A program made the translations under genes and the position numbers. Positions 25,597 to 39,800 of a stretch of 64,000 nt of DNA are shown piece by piece; within the stretch, counting starts at the first letter, position 1; the number at the start of each line of letters is the position of its first letter. Under the pieces are notes generated by a model. The model made no database searches and had not been told where the DNA came from. It saw nothing but the letters and a program-made list of their open reading frames with translations. This DNA comes from Gnetum montanum (lineage: Eukaryota; Plantae; Gnetophyta). The DNA lies in assembly GCA_015680685.1 (NCBI GenBank), contig MNCI01002561.1:218986-282985 (forward strand), written 5' to 3'.

Positions 25597-28500
25597 GATA
25601 TTACCCCTAGTGGGGTTACCATCATGTCTAGGCATATTAAGGATACCCTGTTCATGAAGTACATGGAGATGGAAGATTCAAAATAGTGGTTGCATGCAAA
25701 GGCACCTCAACATGTCTTCACTTTCCTTACCAATGTTGGTCTGATGGATCTATTCACTGCCTTGACTCCTAACATTCCCATGACTGAAATGGTTTTCATC
25801 GTTGATTCTTTCAATGATGATGTGACTTATTTTAGTATGCAAGTCTGGGGGGTTAAGGTTGTATTCCTTCTAACTACCAAATTCTTTTCAAATCTCTTTG
25901 GTGTACCAGGAGATGGTGTCAAATTGGCAGTGGACAAGGCGAACAGAGAAGGACACATGATTAAGGACCTTTAGGAATGGCTGGGCGTGTCACGGGGTTC
26001 CAAGGGCTTCCCTATGCAAGTGGACACTAAAGTGATGGAAGTGAATTTGTTGTACCCATTGTTTAGAGCATGCGTATTTCCCAAGTCTCTATCTCAAGTG
26101 AGAACTCTTGGGGTAGAGCCCGCATGTATCATGCACTCGATCCTAGAGACTGGTATGCGTTATAACTAGGCATAGTTCTTGGTTTTGGGCCTAAGTGGGG
26201 AGATTATCATATTACACTCTAACGTGAATGCACAGTTCCATTTCACTTTTACATACTTTGCAGGCTACCTCCATAGATTTGCTGAGTTCCTAGTGATCCA
26301 CAGAGGTAGTCAGTATCTGTTGAGGGACCATGCTCAAATATCTTGCCCTTGGATCCGTCACCTATTCATCCTTACCAGGTCTCAAGATGCTCTCGAAGGT
26401 GTTGAGGAATCAATCTCCATTACAACAAGGGTGTTGCTAGTCATTCCCACCATACACATGATAGCATAGGATTGGAACCACCTAGGTTCCACACCACTGC
26501 CAGGAGAGCTGATCGTGTGATCAAAGAGATGATCGAGAAGGCTAAGTCTAAGGTGCGGAGACCTGAGCATCCTAGGGAATTTGGTCCGGAGCCTAGACCA
26601 CCAAGAGAAAAACACATTAGATTCATATTGCTAGAATGAGGTAAGTATATTTTATTTATTGTTAGTGTTTTTGTCTTGATTTTTGATTTTATTTACTTAT
26701 TTAAACTAATATAGTTACTATGTCATGTTAACTTTGAATTTATGGATGTCATCAAAGAAAACCCCTAAAAGAGAAAGGGAGGAATCAGCTCCAGTGGTTG
26801 AACCAGAAGTAATTCCCATCAAGATGGATGAGGAAGAAGAAGAATAAGAAGCCCATGAAGAAGTGATCAGGGAGATTCCTATCACCCTAGAAGGAGGTGA
26901 GGAAGAGGCCATGGAAACGAATCTCACTGAGGGTTTAGATGTCCCTAGACATTCTAGTGAAGAGAGAGAGATGTTCTATGGCTACTTTGAGGGGTCATTA
27001 CACCTTGGTGACCCACCTGAGTTGACCGACCAAGGGGTTTTCGGTATGTTTTATTTCTTACTCTATGTTTCCTATATATTTTTTTGTAGTTTTGACTAGT
27101 TACGATGATTTTTGTTGATACAAGACTTAGATGTTGAAATGTCAGAGGCTCAAAATCATCATATAGAAGTATCAAGATTACAGAAAATAATTGAAACAAT
27201 AACTCAAGCTAGTCTAGAATCTAGAAATGAACCAAAACCATGGCTTGAAATGCCAAACAAAGTGGACTTTGTTACAGGCATTATCAATGATGTGGTAGCT
27301 CGATTACAAGAAGCTGACCCTAAATTAGGTACATGCATGTGATGTGTAACGTCGAATGACCTGAGTTAGTTCATTGCATTTATTCAATTTTTCATTGGCT
27401 AAGTTGTGCGCTTCTTGTATTGGTAGGTGCTAAGCTTCAATGGGACCCTTCCAAGGCAACCCATATTGATGCTCTACTTGAACTTCTTGAGGACATTGGG
27501 CAAGTTTCTAGAAAGATTTTTGATGCAATCGCGGGTTGCATGGTTCAAAATGCTAAGTCTCTCTAGACTTGCAGGAGTTCTATTCAACATTTGTGGCAGA
27601 AAGTTCAAACGGAAAAAAAGAATGTTGCCAAGCTAACAGAAGAGAAAAATGACTACAAAGCCCGTTATGATTTCGCATCTACTAGGTTGGCGGGTGATAG
27701 AACTTGGCGTACTTCCAAGATCACCTATGCTCATTATTGGAATATCCTAAACAACAAGGTATAGGTGACTCAGGAGCTAGTTGAACAAAAGGCCCAAATC
27801 AATTTGTTGAATCGAAAATGTCAAGATTGGAAATCCTTCATTGCCAAAGTACGTAAATGGGGCTAGGACCAAAAAGATCACAAGTACCAATATAAGAAGT
27901 GGCTGGAAGAAGAGTCCATTGAATGTCATCAGTTGGAGATGCTTGTTGAGGGATTGGACTTGTGTACTCCCTATGATAGGTTTGTTGAATGTACGGTAGT
28001 GGAGGGGTCTCCTGAGCGATCCATCACTACTACCTCTGGGCAAGTTTCAATAGGCCAATTTCCTCTTAAACATCCTTCCTAGACATCAGTGGACAAGGGT
28101 AAAGCTATAGCCAATGTTGATTTAGGTCTTGAAGAATATTGGTCGTGCATGCCAGAAGAAGATATTTTTCGTCGTATAGAATTTGTTCTTAGACCTTCTT
28201 CTCTTGTAAGCATTTCAGTCTTGTAACTTTTTGTTGTTTTCGGTTAGTTGTTTGATTCCTTTTTGTGTTTACTGATTAGTTGTTTTTGTACTTTTGTCAT
28301 TGTAGGGTCATAGTGGTGATGAGGGCAGCCCCAGTGGAGCAGGACCTGATGATGCAGAAGAGTTTTGGGATCAGCCCCTTCCTAGCACTGATGCCTAGTT
28401 TAGCTTGTTATTCTTGTTAATCCTATCATTTTTTGTTGTAATTTTTTGTTTTTGATAATTAATGGGGACATGTAACATGATCATGATATAATACAGTATG

Positions 28501-28759
28501 TTTACATTTTTTTATCACTTTTTTTAAAAGTGTAGATGTAAGAAGAATGATAGTGATGTAGACAAAATGTAAAGGGAAATCGTAATGTGTAAAACATAAA
28601 ATATTGTTAAGAATATAAATAAGGAATCTAATTTTGATTAAACTGAAATGCACTGTGTTCTAGTTTAATGCCATTTCAGGCCATGCATGTCAATTTAAAG
28701 TCATGACAGACTATTGTACTTGTGTTACGAAAGAGAGGAAATTTTAATTATTTTTGGGT

Positions 28760-28985
28760 AGTTTGACATCATTTCGGATGTATTTTAGTTTTACGTGATT
28801 TCGGGCATATTGTAGTTTTACATAATTTCAGACGTATTGTAGTTTTACATCATTTCGGAAGTATTGTAGTTTTACATCATTTCGAACATGTGCTAGTTTT
28901 ACGTCATTTCGAATGTGTGGTAGTTTTACATCATTTCAGATGTGTGGTAGTTTTACGTCATTTCGGACATGTGGTAGTTTAACGA
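28760..28985 (-). repeat. ~28-bp tandem array (GTAGTTTTACATCATTTCGGA) downstream of protease in B
   Basis: About 7 copies; same position as the arrays in A, C and D. Confidence 0.85.
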
Positions 28986-28989
28986 TTGA

Positions 28990-30157
28990 GTAGCTTCTTT
29001 ATTTTTTGAAGCTTGACATTAGGAGTAGGGCATGTCAATGTGATCCTATATTCAGCATCTCCTTCGCTAGTTATGTCAAATGGTAATTCTAACCATGAGA
29101 CGTCTAAGGGAATGACCCCTACGTCAGCATGTTTTGATGTTTCCACGTTTTGTAATGTTTCCATGTCTTCTGGGGGATCACGGCTTGAAGGTTGATTATC
29201 ACTTTTGGTTTTATTTGGTGTATTTTCTTACTTAGGCTCATTGGTGGTGTCATCTTTTTTAAGCTTAGGGGTAGTGTCATCTTGTTTAGATTCATCGAAT
29301 TCAACCTCTGAGCCTTGGTTTGTGCCTACGTGTGAAGAGATGTTGGATGTAGCTGCATCACCGTGTATAATGATTTTTCCACCTTCGTAGGGAAAGTGAA
29401 TCTCTTGATGGATGGATGAAGATACCACTTTTAATTAGGCTAGCCAAGGTCATTCCAAAATCAAGTTAAATCATGGCATCTCATCTATGACTACAAACTC
29501 AGTTGATGTGGGGAACTGGTCCCCTGCTATGAAGTCCAAAGTGAGTGTTCCTTTTACTCAGACACGTGATCCACTGAATGATTTTATGAATGTCATGGAT
29601 GCTATTTTTATCTACTCTATGAGCCCTAATTGTTCAATTATGGGGTATGATACTACGTTTGTGGTTGCCTCGTCATCAACATGCACCCTATGTATTTTAA
29701 ACTGGTTAACTTGTATGGTTATGAACATAGGTGCGGTGGTGAATTCTCCTATTTTTTCATCTGTTTTAATGTCATCGGCATGGAAGCCTAGTGATGTGGA
29801 CCTTGATCTTTGATGTGGAGACATTACTACATGAATGGATGGTTCAGTTGCAGGTAAGTCTTCACTGACAGAGATCGATGTTAACATACGTACTAGGGCT
29901 TCGCGGTGTACTTGAGAAGTCATCACTAGGTCATACAGGTTTAGTGAAGTGTTCTTTTATTTGAGGGCCTTTGTAACCTGGGTTAGGGCACTAGCCAAGT
30001 CTTTGCTATTTGATATGTTGTTGTTGGTCGAGACTTGGTCCATTGGACCCAATAGTTGTATCTCTTGAGGAAGAATTTTTATGTGGTCAACTGTAACTAT
30101 TTGGCTTGGCTCATTGGGCATTCCTAATTTTTCAGCTTGGTTACTTGTGCTTGGCTC
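28990..30157 (-). pseudogene. Gag C-terminus and protease of B
   Basis: HREALVRMLTSI..KIHRVHVDDEATTNVV..SSSIHQEIHFPY. Confidence 0.87.
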
Positions 30158-31467
30158 TGAAACATCACAAAATTCTGAGCTTAGTACTTCTCCAACAAGA
30201 ATCGAGCTAAGTCATGATGCTCCCCAGCATGACTGAAGCTCGAGGACCCCACAAACAGCTTCAGGCAGAGTCGAACTCAACAAGAAATGGTTCCCTAGGA
30301 CCCACAGAAGATTACGATGACATCTGGCATCAAACCTGGGAGGTTTTAAACTCAAAAAACCCATTTTTCACTAAGTATGCAGCAAGTATCCAGTGTATAC
30401 ACCCAACGTGCACACCCAGCGTATACTTCCAGCATGCACACCCAGCGTATACGCCTAGTGTGTACAGCATGTACGCCTAGTGTGTAGCACAACGTATACC
30501 AATCAAAGCTCTCAAGAACTATGTCAGATCAAGTCAAACTGAGCTGAACACCTACAGGCAGCATTCTCATGACATCTGAATTCAAATCTAAGGGCTAAAT
30601 TTGATGCTTCCTGCTGTAGCAGTAGTTTGTAAAAATAACTTCTTTTGTTTTAGTCAAGTCTATACAACGAGTTCACACACCCAGCGTGTACACGCTGGCA
30701 TACAGTAGTATACACTGGTGTGCAGCGATATACGCTGGTGTGCAACACGTTGTACATTTGCAAAATTTCATTCTTTCACACTCGGTCAACATGCCACATG
30801 TCACCCAACCCAAGAGTCCAGCATCCCATGGCCAATCATCCCCTCTCAGATCCAAGTCTAACATCTAAACCTATATAAAAACCCTGATTTTTGACTAGTT
30901 CAGGGTGGTGGTGGGAAAGAAAATTAAAAGATCAGAGAAAAAATTTAGGGCAATAGACACAAAGAGAACATCCAAAATTCTTAATCCTAGATGCTAGACT
31001 TCCATCCTGCATGCTGAGCATATAGCCTTTACGTTGTGCTTGCAGTCGAATCCAGCGAACAATCATCCCCCTGCATCCACTGGAGCCTTCCATCCGCCTT
31101 GTGTCAGATTCACAACTGCGTTAGACCAGTGCATTGTAACTTTTTGTTTTGCAATAATATTACCACATTTCTTTTGCTAAGATTTGTTATAGTTTTTTTT
31201 TTCATTATTGTATGCTTATTTTTTACGTTCCTGTATGTTTATGCTCCGTTTTACATTAGTTACGCCGTTTACGTATAACCCAACGTACAGTATGACGGTG
31301 TATGTCTGGGAAAATCCTTTTCTGATCCGCGTGCGAACCATTCAAGGTACTCTACCTTTGTTAATTCTAGCTTGCCCTAAAGTGAAGGTGGGGTCTTCTA
31401 TGCTTGTCCGGGGATCTCCTGGTTTTTGTTTCATTCCAGCCGAAGACCGATGATTTCGGATAGTACA
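30158..31467 (+). repeat. 5' LTR of C (~1.31 kb)
   Basis: TGAAACATC...GATAGTACA; TATA-like CCTATATAAAA near 30870; followed by PBS. Confidence 0.87.
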
Positions 31468-31472
31468 GAGAA

Positions 31473-31490
31473 TGGTGCTAGAAGGAGGGC
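31473..31490 (+). promoter_or_regulatory. tRNA-Asn PBS of C
   Basis: TGGTGCTAGAAGGAGGGC. Confidence 0.83.
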
Positions 31491-31614
31491 CTAAAATTGT
31501 CTGAATCTAACTTGATCTCACAAACCTGCTCCCTGTACTACCTACCTACTACTGGGCATCATCAGACTCAGCAATTTCGAACCTTCAAAATCAGTACCTT
31601 GTTCTGCAACACTC

Positions 31615-32080
31615 GCAGTATCTACACGTTGCAAACATTCCCAGCGTCTACACGTTGCAAACATTCCCAGCGTCTACATGCTGTAAACATCCCACGCTGC
31701 AAACATCAAAACATGTATGCTAAGAACTCTATCTACATGCCACTCTGAAAACTCTGTCTACATGCCTCTCTGAAAACCTGTATGCTGAAAACTCTATCTA
31801 CACACCGCTCTGAAAAATTGTACGCTGAAAAATCTGTCTACACATCGCTCTGAAAACCTGTACGCTGTAGATCTTATCTACACGCAACCAAGCCCACTTG
31901 CACACTGTACGCTATCTCCATACACTGGTCATTGAAGCCTATACACTGAGATCTAGTCTATACGCTATACGCTATAGACCCTTTCTACACGTTGCCCAAC
32001 CCACTTGCATGTTGTACGTTGTCTCCATACGCTAGTCATTGAAGCCTATACGTTGAGATCCAGTCTATATGTTGTACGGT
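31615..32080 (+). repeat. 5'-UTR short tandem repeats of C
   Basis: TCTACACGTTGCAAACATTCCCAGCG x3, CTGAAAA..CTACAC units and a ~117-bp duplication. Confidence 0.75.
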
Positions 32081-32156
32081 GTGAACTTGGGTGTACACTG
32101 ATAAGTATACCCATTTCACATCCCTTCCACCGTGTTATATTCACAACCATTTCATC

Positions 32157-35100
32157 ATGAACACTGCGAATCCCAATGCTTCAACCAAGCCCATCACGGA
32201 TATCGTAGGCCCCATGGCCATTCAACAACCTATAGCACAACCCACGGTGGGACCTCGTCAATCTCTCAGATTGCAAGGGAGGAACGTATTATAACATTAT
32301 AACATAGGAGCAATATAATTTCATATGCATAAAAATCCAAGCTAAGGTAGCAGTGGATCAAGCTGAAATGGTGGTTAAGAGATAATACGAACTATTTCAT
32401 AAGGGAGGACATGAGTTCATCCCTTCCCCGCACGACATCATCCCTCTCCTCGAGCACTACTCTGAGCTCATCTCATAGCTCCTCCTAGCAAGGAATTATC
32501 CTCTATTCCATCCCATGCCAAACTCCCAAATAAAGGAGGAAGATGATTTCATGGCTCCGTCCGAACATGAGGATTCATATCATACCCTCAGCCCACAAAT
32601 TTACGCAAACCCATTTTTTAACCCATTCATGGGGGAGACAACGTCCTTCCAGCCATTTAAAATCACTCAAGCACATGTGCCTCAACAAAAGACATCCGCT
32701 CTCGTCCCTGCTCCTCCTGTGATCGATGCGCAAGTCAATACATAACCCCTCTCCATTATTCCTCCCATCACCATGTCACCATCTCTCTTACAAATGCAAC
32801 CACACCAACTCCTTCAACCCAATGTAGGCATCACACTCCCATCTCAGATCCTTGGAATGCCATCTATGATACCAGCTTTTATGGCTCCTCACTATATACC
32901 TTGGATACAAACTCAGGGAGCACATTTCGTCGTCGCAACTCAACAAGCGCAAAGTATTCCCTCGCAAACCACAACAGGGTAATGGGCTGCGACCGGCGTG
33001 CAACCGCATCAACCCCTTCATCACAATATGCCTCCCCTCGCAATCCCATCCATGAACATCCCCTAGATACAACAATAATAGATACAACAACAAAAACAAC
33101 AACAACAAAAATAGCCTTTCCCTTATGGCATGCCACCTTTAGCAACACCTGCAATAAACATACCACAAACGTAATTCCTAACTGCTCAATTTTTTGCCTT
33201 CCCTCCCACCATGCAATAGTCCAACCTTCCCACGTCACAACAACCTGTCACTTCACCCAGTGCTCAAGACTGGGCAGATGCTAAAAAATGATGCGAGAAC
33301 TTACTAAGGAGGTAAGACACCTTAAAATAGCTAACAACAAAGAGCTTAAGGTCTTGGACTTTTACTAAGATGATCCTATTAGTTCTTCAGTGCTGCCATT
33401 GATGTTGCCAAAAGGCGTGTATCTGCCTCAATTGACCAAATACAACGGGGAGGAAGACCCCAACGCCCATCTAGTCACGTTTAGATTAGAAAGTTTATTA
33501 CTTCAGGCATGGCCTCATCCAATCCTGCGTGTCTTCACCATGTCCCTTACCGGGAGAGCATTAGACTGGTACCAAGCTCTACCGTGTAATTCTATACCTT
33601 TCTTGGAAGACCTTTTACACCAGTTCATGACCAGGTTTAAATATAATCTAAAACCTGAAGCTACATTAGACAACCTAATACAGGTGAAACAAGCACCCCT
33701 TGAGCCTATACAGAAATTCATTCAGAGATGGAGTGCTGCATTGAATGAACTCCACGAAACAATACCTGAGACTTACTTGCTCATGATCTTAAAGGGAGCA
33801 GTAAATGATTTCATCAAATCTAAGTTGTACTACCTAAATGCACACACTCTAAACCAAGCCTTTGTCCAGCTAAAGAACATAGAAGAAGTAGCACAAAACA
33901 GTCATGACCCTGCCTACATAGCCTTTAAAAATTAACATACTAAAAAAGATAAGGAAAAGGCCAAACCAACAGTGGCAGCATTAGTAGAGACTCAACAAAC
34001 AACTGCCCAGCAACAAGGTAAACCACCTACCGCCCCCACTGGCTACACTAAACCTTCCCCTAATGCTACACCCGGGCCGTCCACATCCCAAGACGCTACA
34101 CCAGGCCAAGCATGAAATTTTGAGAGGAGAGACCCCTCTCAGTACACACCACTGCCTATGAAACCTTTGCAACTGTTTGACCAACTACTAAAGGCTAGGC
34201 TGATGAAGCATAAGTAGTTGTCCTCAGCGGTAATTCAAAGACATGATCGATTTTGCCAATTGATTGACAACCTGGGCTTGGCAACCCCAAACGAGCCCCT
34301 AGTTCCAAGAGGCTTCAAGGTAGACCATTTCTGTGAAAACCATCAACGAAATGGACATGGCACAGACTATTGCTTCACTTTGAAGCAAGATATTCAATGA
34401 ATGATCGATGCAAGTGAGATCACATTTGATGAGGCTAACCTAGTCAAACTGCAAAACCAGTCCATGGGTATATATAAAGATCCCCTGAACACCAAAGAAG
34501 CACCCTACATGATCAACACTATTTACGTAGACAATAGCAATGAAATGCCCAGGAAACCTTTCGTGGTTCATGTTCCCTCCACCCGGAAAATATCATTACA
34601 AACTACATATCCCTCATGCGGTCCTCCTACCTCACACAAACCTTTTGTCATTCGAGTGCCTCCCACTGTGGCAACAATGCAAGTGCCACCCCAAACTAAA
34701 CCATTTGTCATTAGGGTGCCCCTTACTGGTACAACTGCTGGCATGACACCGTCGAACCGACTTACCCCCTTTGTGTTCCAAGTGCCACTAGTGATTGCTA
34801 TGGCTAAGGCAACAACAGTGACCCGCCTCACCCCATTTTTCATTCAAGTCCCGAAACAACCCCACGTTCCAACCCCACATGCTCCCATGCAACCCACACG
34901 AGAACGCTTGGTAGACAGGCTCACGAGGGAACGTTTAGAGAAGGAATGTTCAGCAAAGGAACAACGACTGGCACTGGGGCCTCCGAAGCCAACCCCATTA
35001 AGTGCAGTGCCTATGACTCCCACCAATAATGAACCAAAGACGTGTCACAAAAGGGAAGAACTGAGAGCACAACCCATGTCAACACCAACAGTCACAAAAA

Positions 35101-36182
35101 GCAACACGAAAGCCACCCCGCGCGAGATACGGCTATTAGGTCCAATGGATCAAGTGGCTTTGGATAAGAATGCACCCAATGGCAAAGACTTAGCTAACGC
35201 CCTAACACAGGTCACCCAGGCCCTTAAACGAAAGAACATTTCATTAAGCTTATATGACCTTGTCTTGACCTCATCATCTCATTGTGAAGCCCTGGTACAA
35301 ATGTTGACGTCGATCCCTGTTAGCGAGAACCTACCCTCAGATGGGCCCTCTATACATGCAATCATGTCTAAACACCAAGAATCGAAACCCAAATCATTAA
35401 AATTCCATCCAGAAAACATTAAAATAAATGAGAGAATAGGAGATGTCACTCACAAACCCATGTTCATAACCATAAAATTCAATAATTTCAAGATACATCA
35501 GGTACATGTAGATGATGGAGCGGCCACAAATGTGGTACCTTAGTCCGTTATCGAACAATTGGGCCTTACAGACTTAATCAAGCCAACATCTACAAACTTT
35601 CTGAAGTCTTTTAATGAGTCACAAGTACTAGTCAAGGGTACATTAACCTTGGACTTCATAGCAGGGGATCAGTTCCCCACCTCCGCTGACTTTGTGGTTA
35701 TTAATGAGATGCCTGGCTTCAACTTAATTTTGGGGCAACCCTGGTTAGCCCAATTAAAAGCGTTGTCTTCCCCCATCCATCAAGAAATTCACATACCATA
35801 TGAAGGGGATGAGATCATTATCCATGGAGATATCGCTACCTCCACCATCTCATCTCACACGGAAGCAAACCCAGGCTCCGAAGTTAAATTCGAAGAGCCC
35901 GAACTGCGTGATCCACAATGCGAACATAAACTCGAAAAACCTGTGACGAACAAAACAAGCAACATCCAAAAGGATGACTAGCACATCGAGGGTGATTCCT
36001 TGGAAACCACAGAAACAACATTTAAAATAGAAGCGTCTGAAAGTATTGACTCAAAACTTGCTCCATTAGACGTCTCCTAGTCAGAGTTACCTTTCAATGT
36101 AATCAGCGAAGGAGATGTCGAATATCGAATTATCCCTGTCAAATACCACACTACCATGGAAACAAGAAAAAAAAGATGCTAA
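32157..36182 (+). pseudogene. gag: Gag-protease of C with several stops
   Basis: LPQLTKYNGEEDPNAHL, FCENHQRNGHGTDYC, HVDDGAATNVV, FNLILGQPWL. Confidence 0.92.
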
Positions 36183-36824
36183 ATAATTAGTAAACACGAC
36201 ACCATCATCTGAAACGACGCTAAACTATCACATGTCTGCAATGACATAAAACTAGCCACAGCTAGAAATGGCCGGTTTACCAAGAAACCCACCAGCATCA
36301 CTTGAAACTTCTCTTGTTTACACATGGCCCGAAATGGCCTTTAACTAGTGCATGGGGCCTGAAATGGCCTTAAAATAGACCATTTTCTTATACTTTTTTT
36401 TCTCGCAAATTCAAGTTCATTGTTCGAATTTATGCTTACATTATCGTGTTATCAGTTACAGTTTTTCTTTACATTTCCCTTTTCACAATTATTCTTCGAT
36501 TATGATTACATTCCTGCTTGCATTCCTAATTCGTGCATTTCACTTAAACAACAAAACAAACAAAACATTTTACATTGCTACATCATTTTTACATTTAAAT
36601 AAAAATAGCCAAAAGAACAAAAAGATTTCCACTTTAAATCCACGTTTGTCAATGTTCAAACAAACTCAAAATTCAAATATATATATATATATATATAGTC
36701 ATATACCGTTGGACAATTATAACAGTTAACAGATTCCATTCATCAGTTCATGTACAACCCAAGGAAAAACATTTAGTTTACGACACATGTAAAAATATGA
36801 GCCATGATAATTTCAAAATGAAAA

Positions 36825-39800
36825 CTAAACATCAAGGTCGGGAGGGCTGTCTCCTTCAGACTCTCCCACACCATGGGTCCCCGCTCCGCTAGGGCCACCT
36901 TCTTGAACATCGTCATCACCCTGACCCTGTGAAAAGGAAAAAGAAAACAATCAATACAAAAGGAAAAGAGAAAAATCCCAAATGTTATTCAACGAAAAAA
37001 ATTCACAAGAATAAACTAATTACCGTAGGAGACCCCCCTAAACCGAATTCCAACCGACGGAGAATTTCTTCCTCAGAGACACTAGCCCAGTCAGTCCCAT
37101 CGAGGCCCAGATCGACGTTCGGTAAGGACTTCCCTTTGTCAACCGCTGACCATGTGGGACATTTCAAGGGAAATTCACCCACAGAAAAATCCCGATAAGT
37201 AGTCATAATTACCCTCTTGGGCAATTCCATCTCAATAATGGTATGCTTGGAAAATGTATCAAATGCATAGCATAGGCCTAAACCTTCAATGAACATCTCC
37301 AGCTGATGCTTCTCTATAGATACTTATTTTAATGACTTCTTGTCATGATGCTTATGATTCTTCTCATCTTGACCCCACTTCCACACCTTAGAAGTGAAAG
37401 CCTTCCAATCCTGGCACTTGAGGTTCAGTAAATCTATCTGGGCCTTACACTCTACTAGCTCCTGAGTCAGTGATACGTGGTGATTCAGCAAGTTCCAATA
37501 TCTGGTATAAGTGATCTCGGAAGTTCACCAAGAACGATCACCTGTTAATCTGGCCGAGGAAAACTCATAATGAGATTTGAGCTCATCATGTTCGACCGAT
37601 AACTTAGAAACCTCTCTTTCCCTTGCCTGGATCTACAACCATAGCTATTCAATGGAGCACCTACAAGTCCAAAGCGATTTGGCATTATGTACAAGAAATT
37701 CTGCCACCTCATCATAGACTTTTCTTGGTACTTGTTCAACTTTTGACGGTAGTGCAAGCAAGCTGTCTATACAAATAGCCTCAGACAGATCCCACTTTAA
37801 TTTAGCCCCTACCCACACAAAAGGAACAGGCATTAGACCTTAGATGGCAAAAAAAGGAATGTGAAAATCGAAGAAAGCAAAACGCTTGAGACATCTTTAC
37901 CTATTTCAGGGTGAGCTTGCTGAATGCGTTCAACCACCTCGTTGATGATACTAGTGACAAAATCCATTTTTCTTGGCATTTCGGTCCAAGTAAACGGTTC
38001 ATGAGTGCGAGATGGACTAGCTTCAGTGGTCGTTTTAGGGGGAGCCTCTATCATAGGCACTTCTAACCACATCGTAGGAATCGTCCTAGTTTCAATATCT
38101 TCGTCTGAAAGCAATAAAAAACATAAAATTAAAACACCAAATAATGGAAACAATGATTCAAAAGGCAAAAAATAAAAAAAAAATATACCAAATTCTCTAT
38201 TTCCTTCCTGGTTCAAAGGGTCACCAAGGTCCAATCTTCCCCTGAGGAAGCCATCAAACACCTCATCAATACCATCTCGGTCATCAACCAGTTCTGTCTC
38301 CATGGTGTCTTGCGCTAGTTCTTCGGTCACTTCCGCCTAATCTTTGTCGACCTCTTCCTCCTCAATTAAATCTGTTGGGACTTCCTCCTCCTTGATAATC
38401 GTTTCTAGCTCCTGTCTTCTCACTTCTGGAGTCAGTTCTGAAGACATTCATAAATCCAACATTAGTTTCACGTAAACGGTAAAAGAAATGAAAAATGAAT
38501 AAGACAAAAATAACGATGATCACAATAAAACAAGTGCATCAAGCTTACTTACCTTGTGCAGGTATTTTAAACCGTATACTCTTCAGCCTTGGCTCTTCTA
38601 CAGTTGGGGCCACCTCTCTAGGGTGTTCGTGCTTCTGTACCCTCGATTTGGCTTTCCTGATGGTCTCCTTGATCACCCTATCAGCCCTCCTAGCGGTGTA
38701 GGGCACATTGTCTGGTTCCAACCCCACACTGTCACGTGTATGGATTGAACCACCAAATGACCCCTCTGTTGTGATGGAAATTGATTCGTCGATCCCCTCA
38801 GGTGCATCTTGAGACTTAGCTACCTCGAATAAATGGCTAATCCATGGACGAGATAATTGATTACGATCCCACAAAACATATTTTTTGTCTACACTAACCA
38901 CCAAAAATTTGGCCAGGTGACGTAGATAACTGGTGAAGAATGCGTAAGTAAAATGGGACTGTGCCTCAACATTTGAACAAAACTGCACTATCTCCCCATG
39001 GAAACCTGACATCAAAAATTTGGCCCAATTATAACGCATCCCGATCTCTAAAATGGTCCATATGATGCGCATGGCTTCCACCCCAAGACTCTTCACTTGA
39101 GATAGGGATTTAGAAAACACCTGTGCCCTACACAGGGGATACAATTCATTGACTTTTGCCACCTTTGATGTTCCCTGCATTTGGAACCCCTTAGAGCCCT
39201 TGAGAACATGGCCCAACCAATCTTCCAACTCACGTACCACATGGAGCTTCTTCTGCATCCTATCCAAAACCACGTTCACACCATCTGCTGGGACACTGAA
39301 GAGGTCTAAAAAGAACTCAGCTGATAGATGAAAAACTATTTTGACACCCTTGATACGGGTGCTGTAGTAAGTGACAGAGTTGTCGAATGAATCAATAATT
39401 CCAATCATTTCAGTTACAGAGACATCAGGGCTTGGGGTTGTGAATAGCTCCATGAGGCCAGCATCATTCAAACAATGGAAGATAGGTAGTGGGGCACTGG
39501 TACGTAACCATCGCTGCACCTTGCTAACTTCCCCAAATTTCATGGACAGGGTGCTCTCAGTCCTCCCTGTCGTAATAGGGTCTCCGCCAGGGGGGACGTT
39601 AACTGTAAACACAATGCAAAACCATAGTATCAGTATAATGAATGTTGCAGCTGAGCAAATGAACTAAGGCGTTAGAGAAATATCATCACTTACCTTTAGT
39701 CATGGGATTCACATTGCTAAGACCCAAATCAGTATCACGGGGGAAAATTGGTTCATTACATGACCAATCCCCATGCAGCCACCCCCAAGTTGCGCATTGC

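Larger units (their letters stand above)
13114..28398 (+). pseudogene. Antisense multi-exon accessory gene, element B copy (exon 1 13114-13247, exon 2 from 14010, exon 3 to 14738, exon 4 14828-14834 plus 25602-26640, later exons to TAG at 28398)
   Basis: GT/AG sites at the same positions and phases as in C; peptides align along the length; interrupted by D and by an assembly join. Confidence 0.85.
5938..30157 (-). mobile_element. Tat-type element B (minus strand): PR, antisense gene, RT-RH-aRH-truncated INT, 3' repeats, PPT, 3' LTR; contains D; 5' part cut off by C
   Basis: Collinear with C in reverse orientation; exon 4 of its antisense gene is continuous across the D insertion (TSD GATAT). 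Confidence 0.88.
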
